Positions 18,862 through 29,606 of a DNA stretch of 64,000 nucleotides are shown one piece after another. The DNA is from Candidatus Parcubacteria bacterium (lineage in GTDB: Bacteria; Patescibacteriota; Minisyncoccia; Phycocordibacterales; PALSA-1337). How positions within the stretch are numbered: position 1 is the first letter of the stretch; each line of letters opens with the position of its first letter. The notes below the pieces were generated by a model. The model did no database searches. It was not told the origin of the DNA and was given only the letters and a program-made list of their open reading frames with translations. The position numbers and the translations under genes were made by a program. The DNA lies in assembly GCA_039799225.1 (NCBI GenBank), contig JBDLTF010000001.1, positions 42,488 to 106,487 on the forward strand. The letters run 5' to 3'.

Positions 18862-19851
18862 ATGAATCAAGAAGGTGGACACAAAAAACTCATACTAACG
18901 ATACTCGTACTCATTCTGCTTCTCATCGTTGCTGGCCTACTGATTCCTTGGAACAAACCTGAGGAAGTCGCCGTAGATACCACTGGAAATGGGACTGTCT
19001 TTTCTCCATTCGAACGTCCTGTAGATCGTGTAGTTGATACTCGATCGCCCGAAACTCCGTATACTTATGTACCTACACTCGAAACTCCAGAGGAGATTCC
19101 TGAGGAGCCGGCTATCGTAAACTCTGCACCAAGAACTCAGTCTTCATTCTATTCCGGAACTCAATCAAGCCAATCTTTCAATATACCCGTCTCGACGAGG
19201 CAAACTGGCGAAGTTGCATACATGGATACTTCTGGGGGAATATATTATGTTCCAACATACTCTCCGAGCCCTTACTATCGACCAACGTATACCTACTCGA
19301 CGAGCACTCGACCAGTAAGTCAGCCAGCAGCGCAAGATGATGGTATGACATTCAAAGAGCTGGACAAAGAAGTCTTCGGTTATATAAGCGGTCTTGGTTG
19401 GACTCAATTGCTTGGTGATACTGGCCAGAAAGTGTATGACATCCTCTATGGAATGTCTCCAAACGGCGGTACTGGAGGTACTATCGGTACATTCTTGCCT
19501 GGAGCAGGGGGTGCTGGAGGAGGAATTGGAGCTCTCGGAGGAGGCGGTATAGGGGGTCTCGGTGGCGGAGGTACTGCTATGGCATTTGGAGGACAAGTAA
19601 CTAGAGTAACCCAGTGTACCTGTGGAAATTCGAGCATGCTCGATATCACTGAAGCGACCGGACAGAATATATCACTCGTTTTCCAGCCAGGAGTGAGCAT
19701 TCTCTACAGGGAAGCGAACATCAACGGCATAGGCCAGAATGTTCTCGGAAATTACACTGCTGGCGGCGCCTGTCTTGTATATCACGGCGAAGATTGCACC
19801 GCTGAAGGTAGTCCTGGAGGCACCATTACCGAGGTTGGGACTTCGAAATAA
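18862..19851 (+). CDS. T4SS-like operon gene 1: membrane-anchored protein with a Pro/Thr/Tyr-rich linker and a Gly-rich repeat (GGTGGTIGTFLPGAGGAGGGIGALGGGGIGG)
   Basis: 329 aa. N-terminal TM, then low-complexity region. Begins 14 nt after rsmA. Confidence 0.5.
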   Translation: MNQEGGHKKLILTILVLILLLIVAGLLIPWNKPEEVAVDTTGNGTVFSPFERPVDRVVDTRSPETPYTYVPTLETPEEIPEEPAIVNSAPRTQSSFYSGTQSSQSFNIPVSTRQTGEVAYMDTSGGIYYVPTYSPSPYYRPTYTYSTSTRPVSQPAAQDDGMTFKELDKEVFGYISGLGWTQLLGDTGQKVYDILYGMSPNGGTGGTIGTFLPGAGGAGGGIGALGGGGIGGLGGGGTAMAFGGQVTRVTQCTCGNSSMLDITEATGQNISLVFQPGVSILYREANINGIGQNVLGNYTAGGACLVYHGEDCTAEGSPGGTITEVGTSK

Positions 19852-19902
19852 AGTCAGAAACAAAAACAGTGATACCTGTCCACAGATACGGCCGAGAATC
19901 TA

Positions 19903-20802
19903 TTGATTTTCTGCTATACTTGTAGTGACATGGCGAGCTATTACCCTCACAAACAGACGGTCTTGATCACGATCGCATGCGTCATAGCCGTAGGCGGCGT
20001 ATTTGTATACGCAAAGCAAGGTTCTAGCCCGAAAAAATCAGACTCAAAACCCTCTGTTTCGACTGATATCAAGGTGGTCTCTTCTGAGAAAATATCCTCC
20101 ACAACGGATTGGCGTCTGAGCTTCATCGACAAGCAGACTCCTTCGACACCAAAACCTATTTCTACTACTCAAGAATCGAAAGACCTTACTCTGACGGATC
20201 AATTCGGCAGAGATTTCTTCGCACGCTACATACAACTCAAGCAAAGCAACCTCATCGAGAATGAATCGTTCGTCGCTGATACGCTCAATCAGTCTATATA
20301 CTCCGCTGCTCAATCAGCTGAACAACCAAAAGCATATACTCTCGCGGATGTTTCCATTCTCGCAAATGCCACTACGGCTCAGATAAAAGCGTATGGTAAT
20401 TCTATCGGTCTAATATTTTCCACTCATGGAGTCGATGGAGATCCTGCAGTCGTTGCAAACGAGGCATTTGAAAAAGGGGATATGAGCTTACTCAAACAGA
20501 TAGACCCTATCATATCTTCATATGAAACTATCACCACCATGCTCAAAAATCTTTCTGTGCCTCAACCGCTCGCTGCATATCATGTAGATCTATTGAATGC
20601 TGTATCGAGCATGGCGAAGACATCTCGTGATATCCGCAATGTTGAAAGCGATCCTATGCAGACGATGGTGTCCGTAAGCGCGTATACCACCGTACAAAAC
20701 TCGCTCACTGTGTCACTCAAGAGTATGAAGTCTTATTTCTCCATCGTTGGTATCTCGTACGTTTCGACGGAGCCTGGTTCGATCTTTTCCCAACTATTAT
20801 AA
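19903..20802 (+). CDS. T4SS-like operon gene 2: membrane-anchored or secreted hypothetical protein
   Basis: 299 aa with an N-terminal TM/signal anchor. Confidence 0.5.
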   Translation: MIFCYTCSDMASYYPHKQTVLITIACVIAVGGVFVYAKQGSSPKKSDSKPSVSTDIKVVSSEKISSTTDWRLSFIDKQTPSTPKPISTTQESKDLTLTDQFGRDFFARYIQLKQSNLIENESFVADTLNQSIYSAAQSAEQPKAYTLADVSILANATTAQIKAYGNSIGLIFSTHGVDGDPAVVANEAFEKGDMSLLKQIDPIISSYETITTMLKNLSVPQPLAAYHVDLLNAVSSMAKTSRDIRNVESDPMQTMVSVSAYTTVQNSLTVSLKSMKSYFSIVGISYVSTEPGSIFSQLL

Positions 20803-20811
20803 AACACACTT

Positions 20812-22416
20812 ATGAATATCATTAACAAAAAAATCGCTTCGGTCCTCATACTCATCGCTTTCGTCATCTCTGGCACTCTCGCAACGCCAGCAACGACCTA
20901 TGCACTTGGAGCGGTTCCCGTCGACACAACATTCAACTTCCATAGCATCCAGCAACAAACGAAGGATTTCGTGCTGAACTCACTCGCATGGAATGTGGCT
21001 AAGATGACGTTGCAGCAGCTCACGACGAGTATCGTGAACTGGATCAACACTGGATTCGAGGGAAGTCCTGCATTCATCGACAACCCTGAGGCATTCTTCC
21101 TTGACCTTGGCGACCAAGTCACTGGAAACTTCATTGCAAACGTCGGACCACTCCAAAGCCTCTGTTCTCCATGGAATATCGACCTCCGTCTCTCACTCGC
21201 ACTCGGACAAACACGTTCAATGAGCGAACGCTATCGCTGTACCTTGAGTACACTCATCGGTAACGCGCAGAATGCGACTATCAATGGCTACAGTATCGAA
21301 GGATTCACTTCTGGCGACTTCGCTCAAGGAGGATGGCCAGCATTCATGATCATGACGAGCGAACCTCGCAACAATCCATACGGATCATATCTTCAGGCGA
21401 AGAGTGACCTCGATCAGCAGATAGCCGCTAAACAAAACTCCGTCAACAGTGACCTCGACAGGGGACAGGGCTTCCTCTCGTGGCAAAAGTGCGTTCCTAC
21501 CAACGTGAACAGCAATACAGGAAATGCATCTTCTCTTGGTCTCAATCAGAACGACCTCGCTCAATTGAATGCAAATGGTTCAGTAAATGCGAACGGTACA
21601 AGCTACAAAACGAGTACTGATCCTGAAACAGGATATACCGTATACGAAACATGCTCCGTACAAACTCCTGGATCGGTCATCAGTGCAGGTCTCAATAAGA
21701 GCCTTGGATCAAGTGTGGACCAGCTCAACCTTGCTGACTCGATCAACGAAATTACGAGTGCACTCTTCGCTCAGCTCATATCTCAAGTCTTCACTAAGGG
21801 TCTCGGTGGAAGCAGTCAAAGGTCAGGTGGTCAGACACAGTCATACATCGAACAACTCAATGCACAGTCGAGAGGTGCTGGTGCATATTCAAACTCGACG
21901 CAGAATATCCAGGCAAGCTACGCAATATATCTCACTGATGCCCAGTCAATCGTCAGCACGTATCAGCAAGCTGTAGGTGCATTCGACACTACCCGCAGTA
22001 GCTTCTCGATTGCACAGGGTTGCTTCCAAGATATCGCTCTCGTAGCAACGAAGCAAACCATCAAGAATGAGGCTCAGCGCAATGCAGATGCAATACAGTC
22101 ACTACTCATCAACCAGTTCGGCCCAGCAGCGCTCATATATTCAGACAAGCTCTCTACAGCAAACAGAATAGTCAGTACGATCAATTCTCGCGTCAATTCG
22201 GCACAGAATATCACCGATGCTCAGAGTGCACAGACTGCTTCGAACCAGTTGCAGGAATTCATCGCCACCCAAGTCCCCGCTATCCAGCAAGGCAAAGATC
22301 TTGGCGCGGCAGATCTTACCGCAGCACGAGCTCAAGCAGCACAATTCAAGACGAATGCTGATCAATATATGAATATGTGTACTTCACTCAAAAGCCAATC
22401 AGGTTCCTCACGATAA
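20812..22416 (+). CDS. T4SS-like operon gene 3: secreted Gln/Ser/Asn-rich hypothetical protein
   Basis: 534 aa with signal peptide ending ...GTLATPATTYA. Confidence 0.5.
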   Translation: MNIINKKIASVLILIAFVISGTLATPATTYALGAVPVDTTFNFHSIQQQTKDFVLNSLAWNVAKMTLQQLTTSIVNWINTGFEGSPAFIDNPEAFFLDLGDQVTGNFIANVGPLQSLCSPWNIDLRLSLALGQTRSMSERYRCTLSTLIGNAQNATINGYSIEGFTSGDFAQGGWPAFMIMTSEPRNNPYGSYLQAKSDLDQQIAAKQNSVNSDLDRGQGFLSWQKCVPTNVNSNTGNASSLGLNQNDLAQLNANGSVNANGTSYKTSTDPETGYTVYETCSVQTPGSVISAGLNKSLGSSVDQLNLADSINEITSALFAQLISQVFTKGLGGSSQRSGGQTQSYIEQLNAQSRGAGAYSNSTQNIQASYAIYLTDAQSIVSTYQQAVGAFDTTRSSFSIAQGCFQDIALVATKQTIKNEAQRNADAIQSLLINQFGPAALIYSDKLSTANRIVSTINSRVNSAQNITDAQSAQTASNQLQEFIATQVPAIQQGKDLGAADLTAARAQAAQFKTNADQYMNMCTSLKSQSGSSR

Positions 22417-22434
22417 TCTACTATCACAGACTCC

Positions 22435-24354
22435 ATGAAACGCTACCTGCCACATCTATCAGCAATTCTCATCCTTATCGCCATCATAGTAGGCGGATTT
22501 GGACATGTGGCAAATGCGGGATCATGTCTACCTATTCCAGGCCAGTGGAATACAAATGATTGTGTCATCGACCTCTTCGGATCTGCTATAGATATATTGC
22601 TTGGAGCAGCATCATGGATACTCGCTCTCTCAGGATATGTGCTCAACTTCTCAATGAAGCTGACACTCAATATCAAGACATTCGTGGATAATACTGGCGC
22701 AATCTATCTCGTCTGGAAATCAATCCGCGATATATCGGGTATGTTCATCATCTTCACCTTGATCTTCGCTGCCATCAAGATGATACTCGCTCCTATAGGA
22801 GTACCTGGTCCGAGTGTCGGAAAACTAATTACGACTGTGGTAACAGCCGGCATATTGATCAACTTCAGCTTCTTCATTGCTGGCCTCGGTATAGATATCT
22901 CCAACGTAATATCTGCACAGCTCTACAAGGTCATAGCGCCTGAAAGTAATATTTCTGGAGACATGAAAGTGAATCCTTCGTCATTGCGTGCGGGTCTCGA
23001 TGGGGGAATATCAGACATATTCATGAGCTCGCTCAAAATACAGAAGCTCTACGAAAGTGGACTTGCCGCTGATCCAGGTCGACAGGATCAAAATCCTGCA
23101 GAGACCACTATTCGAGTCATTTGGTCTGGAATCATCGGTATCGTCATCATGATCACCTCTGCACTCAGCTTCTTCCTCGCTGCGTTAGCATTCATCGTAC
23201 GCTTCGTTATTCTTATATTCCTGCTTGGATTCTCTCCTATCTGGCTTGCCGCGTACGCCATACCAGATCTCAAAAAATATGCCGACATGTGGACGAACAC
23301 ATACAAGAGTCAGCTCATCTTCATGCCGGTATATCTTCTCTTGCTCTATTTCGGCTTGAGTGTGCTTACAAGTGCTGACCTCTTCTGGGCTGGAAGCTTC
23401 GATGGGGCAGGGTGGCAAGAAAAGTTGCTCGTCTTCGGTATTAATGCGGCCTTCGTCATCATCATGCTCAATGCACCACTTCTTGCAGCTCTCAGTATTG
23501 GAGCAATGATGCCTAAGTGGGCGAATAATGTAGGTGCAGGAGCAATATGGAAGAGTGTTGGTGGATGGGCAGGTGGTATAGCTGGCAGAGGTACGATGCG
23601 AGTAACTGGTGCCTCGAAAGTTGATGGTTATCTTGCAAATACCAAGGTCGGTAACACTCAGTGGATGCGTGATCTAAGATCAGTAACAACAGGACCTATT
23701 ACCAAGGCAAAATTTGGTAGTTCAAGGTCTATTGAAGATGTCGACAAACTAGGTAAGGACGTACAATCAAAAGCAAAAGAAATACAGAGGGTCAAAGACA
23801 TTAAAGCTCTTATTGCGAATGGTTCAGCGACACGAGATGAATATGCGAATGTATTCAAATCCGTTAAACCTGCTGACCGCGTAGAGCTGATTGGAAAGGA
23901 TAATCTCAAGAATCCAAGTGTCTGGAAGAACCTTGGAAAGGCTGAGCTCGACGCAATAGAGAAATCAGACAAATTTAGCCCTGATGACATCAGCAGTATA
24001 AAGAATGCCCGCAACGCAGCACTCACCTCAGCAGTAGCTGACGGAAGAAAAGACGACACTAGTCATGTCTTGAAAAATACAAATACGGAGGATTTGGCTG
24101 AAATTATTTCAAGTAACACTGCTATGCTCGCTAATCCAAACTTTATTGGTGAGCTGACATCGGAAAATCTAACAAAGTTGAAAGGTGGCCTCACTGAGCC
24201 TCAGCAACATGAAATAGCAAAAACTATTCTGACATGGCGCAGTGGCCCATCAGATCCAGCGCATCCTGCGGAAGGTTGGATGAAACGCGAAGCGAAAAAG
24301 TGGGTTACTTCGGACGTGACCGCACACGGAAAAACATACGCTCCAGAAGCCTAA
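22435..24354 (+). CDS. T4SS-like operon gene 4: polytopic membrane protein of the VirB6/TrbL type with a hydrophilic C-terminal extension
   Basis: 639 aa. Signal/anchor, then six or more TM helices over about 380 aa, then a Lys-rich soluble tail. This topology is typical of VirB6/TrbL. Confidence 0.5.
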   Translation: MKRYLPHLSAILILIAIIVGGFGHVANAGSCLPIPGQWNTNDCVIDLFGSAIDILLGAASWILALSGYVLNFSMKLTLNIKTFVDNTGAIYLVWKSIRDISGMFIIFTLIFAAIKMILAPIGVPGPSVGKLITTVVTAGILINFSFFIAGLGIDISNVISAQLYKVIAPESNISGDMKVNPSSLRAGLDGGISDIFMSSLKIQKLYESGLAADPGRQDQNPAETTIRVIWSGIIGIVIMITSALSFFLAALAFIVRFVILIFLLGFSPIWLAAYAIPDLKKYADMWTNTYKSQLIFMPVYLLLLYFGLSVLTSADLFWAGSFDGAGWQEKLLVFGINAAFVIIMLNAPLLAALSIGAMMPKWANNVGAGAIWKSVGGWAGGIAGRGTMRVTGASKVDGYLANTKVGNTQWMRDLRSVTTGPITKAKFGSSRSIEDVDKLGKDVQSKAKEIQRVKDIKALIANGSATRDEYANVFKSVKPADRVELIGKDNLKNPSVWKNLGKAELDAIEKSDKFSPDDISSIKNARNAALTSAVADGRKDDTSHVLKNTNTEDLAEIISSNTAMLANPNFIGELTSENLTKLKGGLTEPQQHEIAKTILTWRSGPSDPAHPAEGWMKREAKKWVTSDVTAHGKTYAPEA

Positions 24355-24363
24355 TATCATTAT

Positions 24364-25098
24364 ATGAAGCAAACACCTCAACAATTTAGAGACCTCGCTG
24401 ACTCAGCTGAACTCTACGACCGATCCGAAGCGATTGGCGCGAAATTTGGTCTGCTCATCGACCAAATAGGGGAGTTGGATGCAGAAATTCGCGACATTCT
24501 CAATGGTGTCAGTGATTCGGAAGACTTCATCAAGCACATCATCCAGCGTCTTGAGATAGACCGCGGACTCGCCGAAAAAATAGTAACGGAGGTCAATGTG
24601 GCCGTATTCCAAACACTCAAAGACCAGATGCAGGCACGAACGGATGCTCAGGATATACAAGACTCAATCTCGAGCGTAGAGAAAGTGGGTGATTTCAGGA
24701 TAGAGAAGGATAGAGTGCCTGCAGATCCGAAAGTTACTGCTGCGGATAGGAGCAAGATACTCGATAGTCTCGAAAATCCACCGGCTCAAGGAGGTGCGTA
24801 CCCAAAATCAGTCTCTACAGACCATACTGAACCTCTTGTCGACCATCTTCTTCAAAATTCAGTAGGACAGCTTGCGCCGAAGCCTCACCACGAAGCTCCA
24901 GCTCCAAGCAATCTCCCTGTAGTAGAAGAGATTCCTCTGAAAACACCTGCGCCAACTCCAATAAAAGCTCCAGCACCTACCGCCCCAAAGCCTGTTCAAG
25001 CACCAACACAACCGACAACTACTCCAGAAGTACCGAAAACTCCAGCACCTCAACCAAAAAGGTCTGGACCTGACCCTTATAGGGAACTAGCGAACTAG
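24364..25098 (+). CDS. T4SS-like operon gene 5: soluble protein with a Pro/Ala-rich C-terminus
   Basis: 244 aa. Confidence 0.45.
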   Translation: MKQTPQQFRDLADSAELYDRSEAIGAKFGLLIDQIGELDAEIRDILNGVSDSEDFIKHIIQRLEIDRGLAEKIVTEVNVAVFQTLKDQMQARTDAQDIQDSISSVEKVGDFRIEKDRVPADPKVTAADRSKILDSLENPPAQGGAYPKSVSTDHTEPLVDHLLQNSVGQLAPKPHHEAPAPSNLPVVEEIPLKTPAPTPIKAPAPTAPKPVQAPTQPTTTPEVPKTPAPQPKRSGPDPYRELAN

Positions 25099-25132
25099 CA
25101 CACATTCTCACTTGCCGGTATAATAAAGAGCA

Positions 25133-25564
25133 ATGCGCTATCAAGTCCCCCAATTTATCGAGGTTGAGGACAAGATCTTCGGCCCACTTACCTTGAAACA
25201 GTTCATATATCTCGCCGGCGGGGGAGGTCTCTCATTTTTGGCCTATGTATTTGTCGGTAGTCTCACTATCGCCATAGTACCTATCATTGTCATCATGGCA
25301 ATATCCTCTGCTCTGGCATTCTATCGAATCAATAACAAACCATTCGTTAACATCGTCGAATCTGCATTCAAATACTGGCTCGGTAGCAAGCTCTACATCT
25401 GGAAAAAAGAAGACAGGGCATCACAAACCGCGAAATCAGTTGATGCAGACATCAAGAACTACGCCTCAATCATGGTTCCGAAAATTTCTGATAGTAAGCT
25501 GAAGGATTTGAGTTGGAGCTTGGACATCAAAGAAAGTATGTACTCTGACAAGAAACAAAAATAA
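25133..25564 (+). CDS. T4SS-like operon gene 6: small two-TM protein of the VirB3/PrgI type
   Basis: 143 aa. Two adjacent TM helices, positioned immediately upstream of the VirB4 ORFs as in Gram-positive T4SS loci. Confidence 0.5.
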   Translation: MRYQVPQFIEVEDKIFGPLTLKQFIYLAGGGGLSFLAYVFVGSLTIAIVPIIVIMAISSALAFYRINNKPFVNIVESAFKYWLGSKLYIWKKEDRASQTAKSVDADIKNYASIMVPKISDSKLKDLSWSLDIKESMYSDKKQK

Positions 25565-26205
25565 TGGCTCCCAAACAATCAACAACTCAAGGATTTATAC
25601 CGATACAGGAGATTCGCGACGGCGTAGTCATCCTCAAGAACGGCGGTATGCGCGCAGTCGTCTTGGCGTCGTCTCTCAACTTCGCTCTCAAGTCACAGGA
25701 TGAGCAGAGCTCAATCCTTATGCAGTTCCAGAATTTTGTGAACTCACTCGATTTTTCCATACAAATATTCGTCCAGTCTAAGAAACTCGATATCAGACCA
25801 TACATCGCGCTTCTCGAAGACCGCTACAAAGAACAGGTGAGTGAGCTCATGAAGATTCAGGTTCGTGAATACATCGAATTCATCAAAACATTCGTCGAGA
25901 GTACCAACATCATGTCCAAGAGCTTCTTCGTGGTCATACCCTATGATCCACCTATTATGAGTGGTAGCAAAAATCCTCTCGCCAGCATGTTCCCAGGGAA
26001 GAGTGGTGACAAAACTGCAGCAGAGAGCTCAAATGCAAAATTCCAAGAATATCGCAGCCAACTCGAACAGCGTGTCGGCGTGGTAGAGCAGGGCCTCGTG
26101 CGTTGCGGTGTCCGTGCGGCTGAGCTTGGTACAGAAGAAGTAGTTGAGCTCTTCTACAAACTCTTCAACCCTGGCGAGACGGAGAAGCCAATTCAGATAA
26201 CTTAA
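25564..26205 (+). CDS. VirB4/TrsE-family ATPase, N-terminal segment (split gene)
   Basis: 213 aa. The N-terminus resembles the VirB4 N-terminal domain. It ends with TAA 5 nt before the next ORF, which is in a different frame. Confidence 0.55.
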   Translation: MAPKQSTTQGFIPIQEIRDGVVILKNGGMRAVVLASSLNFALKSQDEQSSILMQFQNFVNSLDFSIQIFVQSKKLDIRPYIALLEDRYKEQVSELMKIQVREYIEFIKTFVESTNIMSKSFFVVIPYDPPIMSGSKNPLASMFPGKSGDKTAAESSNAKFQEYRSQLEQRVGVVEQGLVRCGVRAAELGTEEVVELFYKLFNPGETEKPIQIT

Positions 26206-26210
26206 AAGAT

Positions 26211-28022
26211 ATGTCATTCCTCAACAAACTATTCGGAAAAAAAGAAGCTTCTCCTATCGTCTCAATCCTGCCCGAGGAGATCTATCAGGCTGGCGTCCTC
26301 GAACTCAAGGATGTTATTTCGCCATCAGCGCTCAAGGTGAGTCCGAAGGATATAAATCTCGGAGAAAAAGTTGGTCGCACACTCTTCGTCATCTCATACC
26401 CACGCTTCCTCGATGAGAGCTGGTTCGCGCCAATCATAAACCTCGACAAGATATTCAATATCTCCATATTCATACATCCTGTCGATACTGCGAAGATTTT
26501 GAGGCATTTCCAGAAGAAGGTTGCTGAAGTTCAGAGCCAGATCTCCCATAGGGAAGAGAAGGGTCTCGTTCGTGATCCAGCGCTCGATACCGCATACCAA
26601 GATCTCGAGCAGCTTCGCGATCAGCTCATGCAAGCACAGGAGCACCTCTTCGATGTTGGTGTGTATATTACTCTCTTCGCTGATAATGAGGGTGAGCTCG
26701 ACAAGCTTGAATCAGAGATCAAGTCTATCCTCGAGTCCAAGCTTATCTATGTGAAGCCAGCTCTCTTCCAACAGGAACAGGGATTCAAGTCTGTTATTCC
26801 GATCGCTGACGATCAGCTCGCCGTTCATTCCAAGCTCAACTCGTCACCGCTCTCATCTCTTTTTCCATTCGTCTCATTCGACCTCACCTCAGACAAGGGA
26901 ATCCTCTACGGTATCAACCGTCACAACTCATCACTCGTACTCTTCGATCGCTACTCACTCGAGAACTACAACTCGGTGACTTTCGCCGTTGCCGGTGCTG
27001 GAAAATCCTACAACACCAAGCTTGAGATCCTCCGAACACTCATGTTTGATGTCGACGTCATAGTCATCGACCCTGAGAAGGAATATGAATACATGGCGGA
27101 AGCAACAGGAGGGAAGTACTTCAATATCTCACTCAACTCAGAGCACCACATAAACCCATTCGATCTTCCGATACCACGCGAGGATGAGTCTGGTGCAGAT
27201 GTGCTCCGCTCAAACATCATCAACCTTGTCGGTCTCTTCCGCATCATGTTGGGAGGTCTCACACAAGAAGAAGATGCAATCATAGATCGTGCCATCACTG
27301 AAACTTACGCCCTCAAAGATATCACTCCTGAGGCTGATTTCCGCACCGTCGAACCACCACTTCTCTCCGACTTTGAGCTCGTGCTTGCCGGCATGGAAGG
27401 GGGAGAATCTCTTGTGCAGAGGCTCTCGAAATATACCAAAGGAACTTGGTCAGGCTTCATCAATAGGCCGTCAAACATCGATATCAATAAGAAATTCGCT
27501 GTGTTTTCACTCCGCGACATGGAAGATGAGCTCAAGCCAGTGGCCATGTACATCGTCACACACTACATCTGGAATGCTATCCGCAAGAACCTCAAGAAGC
27601 GCCTTCTTGTTATCGATGAGGCGTGGTGGATGATGAAATCAGAGGACACGGCTTCATTCTTGTTCAGCCTCGCCAAGCGTGGTCGTAAATACTTCCTCGG
27701 TCTCGCCACAATCACTCAGGACGTGGATGACTTCTTGAATTCACCGTATGGACTGCCGATTGTGACCAACTCCTCAATCCAGATTCTTTTGAAACAGTCA
27801 CCAACTGTTATTGATCACGTCCAGAAGACTTTCAACCTCACTGATGAAGAGAAATACCTCTTGCTCGAGTCAGACGTAGGGGAGGGTATATTCTTCGTGG
27901 GTCTCAAGCACGTCGCCATCAAAATCGTCGCCTCATATACTGAAGACCAAATCATCACCACCAACCCTGCTCAGGTTTTGAGCATACAGCAATCAAAGAA
28001 GGATCTTGAGCAGGCTGGGTAA
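26211..28022 (+). CDS. VirB4/TrsE/CagE-family T4SS ATPase (ATPase domain)
   Basis: 603 aa. Walker A FAVAGAGKSY, Walker B RLLVIDEAWWMM, and motif ATITQDVDDF. Confidence 0.75.
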   Translation: MSFLNKLFGKKEASPIVSILPEEIYQAGVLELKDVISPSALKVSPKDINLGEKVGRTLFVISYPRFLDESWFAPIINLDKIFNISIFIHPVDTAKILRHFQKKVAEVQSQISHREEKGLVRDPALDTAYQDLEQLRDQLMQAQEHLFDVGVYITLFADNEGELDKLESEIKSILESKLIYVKPALFQQEQGFKSVIPIADDQLAVHSKLNSSPLSSLFPFVSFDLTSDKGILYGINRHNSSLVLFDRYSLENYNSVTFAVAGAGKSYNTKLEILRTLMFDVDVIVIDPEKEYEYMAEATGGKYFNISLNSEHHINPFDLPIPREDESGADVLRSNIINLVGLFRIMLGGLTQEEDAIIDRAITETYALKDITPEADFRTVEPPLLSDFELVLAGMEGGESLVQRLSKYTKGTWSGFINRPSNIDINKKFAVFSLRDMEDELKPVAMYIVTHYIWNAIRKNLKKRLLVIDEAWWMMKSEDTASFLFSLAKRGRKYFLGLATITQDVDDFLNSPYGLPIVTNSSIQILLKQSPTVIDHVQKTFNLTDEEKYLLLESDVGEGIFFVGLKHVAIKIVASYTEDQIITTNPAQVLSIQQSKKDLEQAG

Positions 28023-28509
28023 CATCATTATGGATACAAATCCCAAAAAGAGAACTCTTGCAAAGATAGTCCTTTTCGGATTTTCTGCAATCGTAGACTT
28101 CGCTCAGGTACTCATAACCTTCACTGGTGTCGGTATAGTGGTGAGTGAAGCGATTGAGATTGCTATGCCATTTGCCTTATTCGCACTATTCACTATATTC
28201 AAGATATCTATCATCAATAAACCGAGAAGAGTGGCATCTATGCTTGCTGTCGGATTTGGAGATGCTTTGACGGGTGGTGTAGCGCCATTTTGGGTATTCG
28301 ATGTCTACTATATATTCCGAGATGTGGCCAGAGAAGACGCCCTTATAAATTCAGAACGAGAACAATCTGAAGCCTTGGCAAACACCACAATGCAGCCTTT
28401 ATACCAAAATGGTGTCAGACAGCCACAATCTCAGCCTAATGAAAGACCACAGAACAAACTCAACAAAAATGGTATCCGAGCACCTGGAGGAGGACTGGTC
28501 AAAAGCTAG
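28006..28509 (+). CDS. T4SS-like operon gene 9: small membrane protein with three TM helices
   Basis: 167 aa. Confidence 0.45.
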   Translation: MSRLGNIIMDTNPKKRTLAKIVLFGFSAIVDFAQVLITFTGVGIVVSEAIEIAMPFALFALFTIFKISIINKPRRVASMLAVGFGDALTGGVAPFWVFDVYYIFRDVAREDALINSEREQSEALANTTMQPLYQNGVRQPQSQPNERPQNKLNKNGIRAPGGGLVKS

Positions 28510-28562
28510 CCTATACACATTTTTCATCGCATATAGAGCGTAATATTGCTAAAATAGAGTCA

Positions 28563-29597
28563 ATGAACTCTCGTTTTCTCTCATTTTTGATTGTATGCAT
28601 TTGCATCTCTTTCTTGTGGGTATCTACTGTTTCAGCCCAGACCATACCTACAGGAATTAGTGGCCTCGTCATCGAGACGTCGTCTTCCAATCCGTACCCA
28701 GGACAGGAGGTAACGGTAACACTCAAAAGCTACTCTATAGACATAGACTCTTCGACTATATCTTGGTCCATAAACGGGAAAGCTGTCCAGAGCGGTATAG
28801 GTACAAAAACCGTCAAAGTAATCGCCCCTGACCTTGGAAAATCATTGGTGGTATCTGTAAGCGCTCGTGCAAGCTCTGGAGCGACAATGTCTGATTCAAT
28901 AACAATAAGCCCAAGCTCCGTCGACATGATAGTGGAATCAGATGGCTATGTGCACCCACTCTTCTCAGGAAAAGTATCTCCACGATATCAGAACGTGGTC
29001 AAAATAATTGCTGTACCACATCTCAGCGCAGCCAACGGAACAGAATACGACCCGAAGACACTCATATATACTTGGAAAAAGGGAAGTACTGTACTCCAAG
29101 ACCAGTCCGGTTATGGTAAACAGTCTATCTATCTCGCAGGAGACATCGTTCCACGACCATACGAGGTGACTGTGTCGATCGCTACGCGTGATGGTGGTGC
29201 ACAAGGACAAGGAACTTTGTCCATCGGCGCAACAAACCCATCAATAGGATTCTATGTCACCGATCCGCTCTACGGAACTTTCTTCAATAAGGCTGTGACT
29301 AACACTGTACGCATAGGTTCAGAGAAGGAGACTTCTGTTCTCGCTGTACCATTCGGATTTAACAAGCCTATAGATGGTATCGGGAATCTTTCATTGACCT
29401 GGCTCATCAACAGTATCAAACACTCTGAACTAGCTTCTAGCCAATCTGTCATTTTGCGCGCACCTGAAGGATCTGCAGGAACATCCAACATACGCCTCGA
29501 TATCAGGAATAGCGATAAGATTCTACAGAGCGCAAGTACTGGATTCTCAGCGAGCTTCACTGGGAATACTGAAAGCGAGGAAGATGTCTCATTCTAA
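28563..29597 (+). CDS. T4SS-like operon gene 10: secreted beta-rich hypothetical protein
   Basis: 344 aa with a signal peptide. Confidence 0.5.
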   Translation: MNSRFLSFLIVCICISFLWVSTVSAQTIPTGISGLVIETSSSNPYPGQEVTVTLKSYSIDIDSSTISWSINGKAVQSGIGTKTVKVIAPDLGKSLVVSVSARASSGATMSDSITISPSSVDMIVESDGYVHPLFSGKVSPRYQNVVKIIAVPHLSAANGTEYDPKTLIYTWKKGSTVLQDQSGYGKQSIYLAGDIVPRPYEVTVSIATRDGGAQGQGTLSIGATNPSIGFYVTDPLYGTFFNKAVTNTVRIGSEKETSVLAVPFGFNKPIDGIGNLSLTWLINSIKHSELASSQSVILRAPEGSAGTSNIRLDIRNSDKILQSASTGFSASFTGNTESEEDVSF

Positions 29598-29606
29598 TCA
29601 TTTCTC

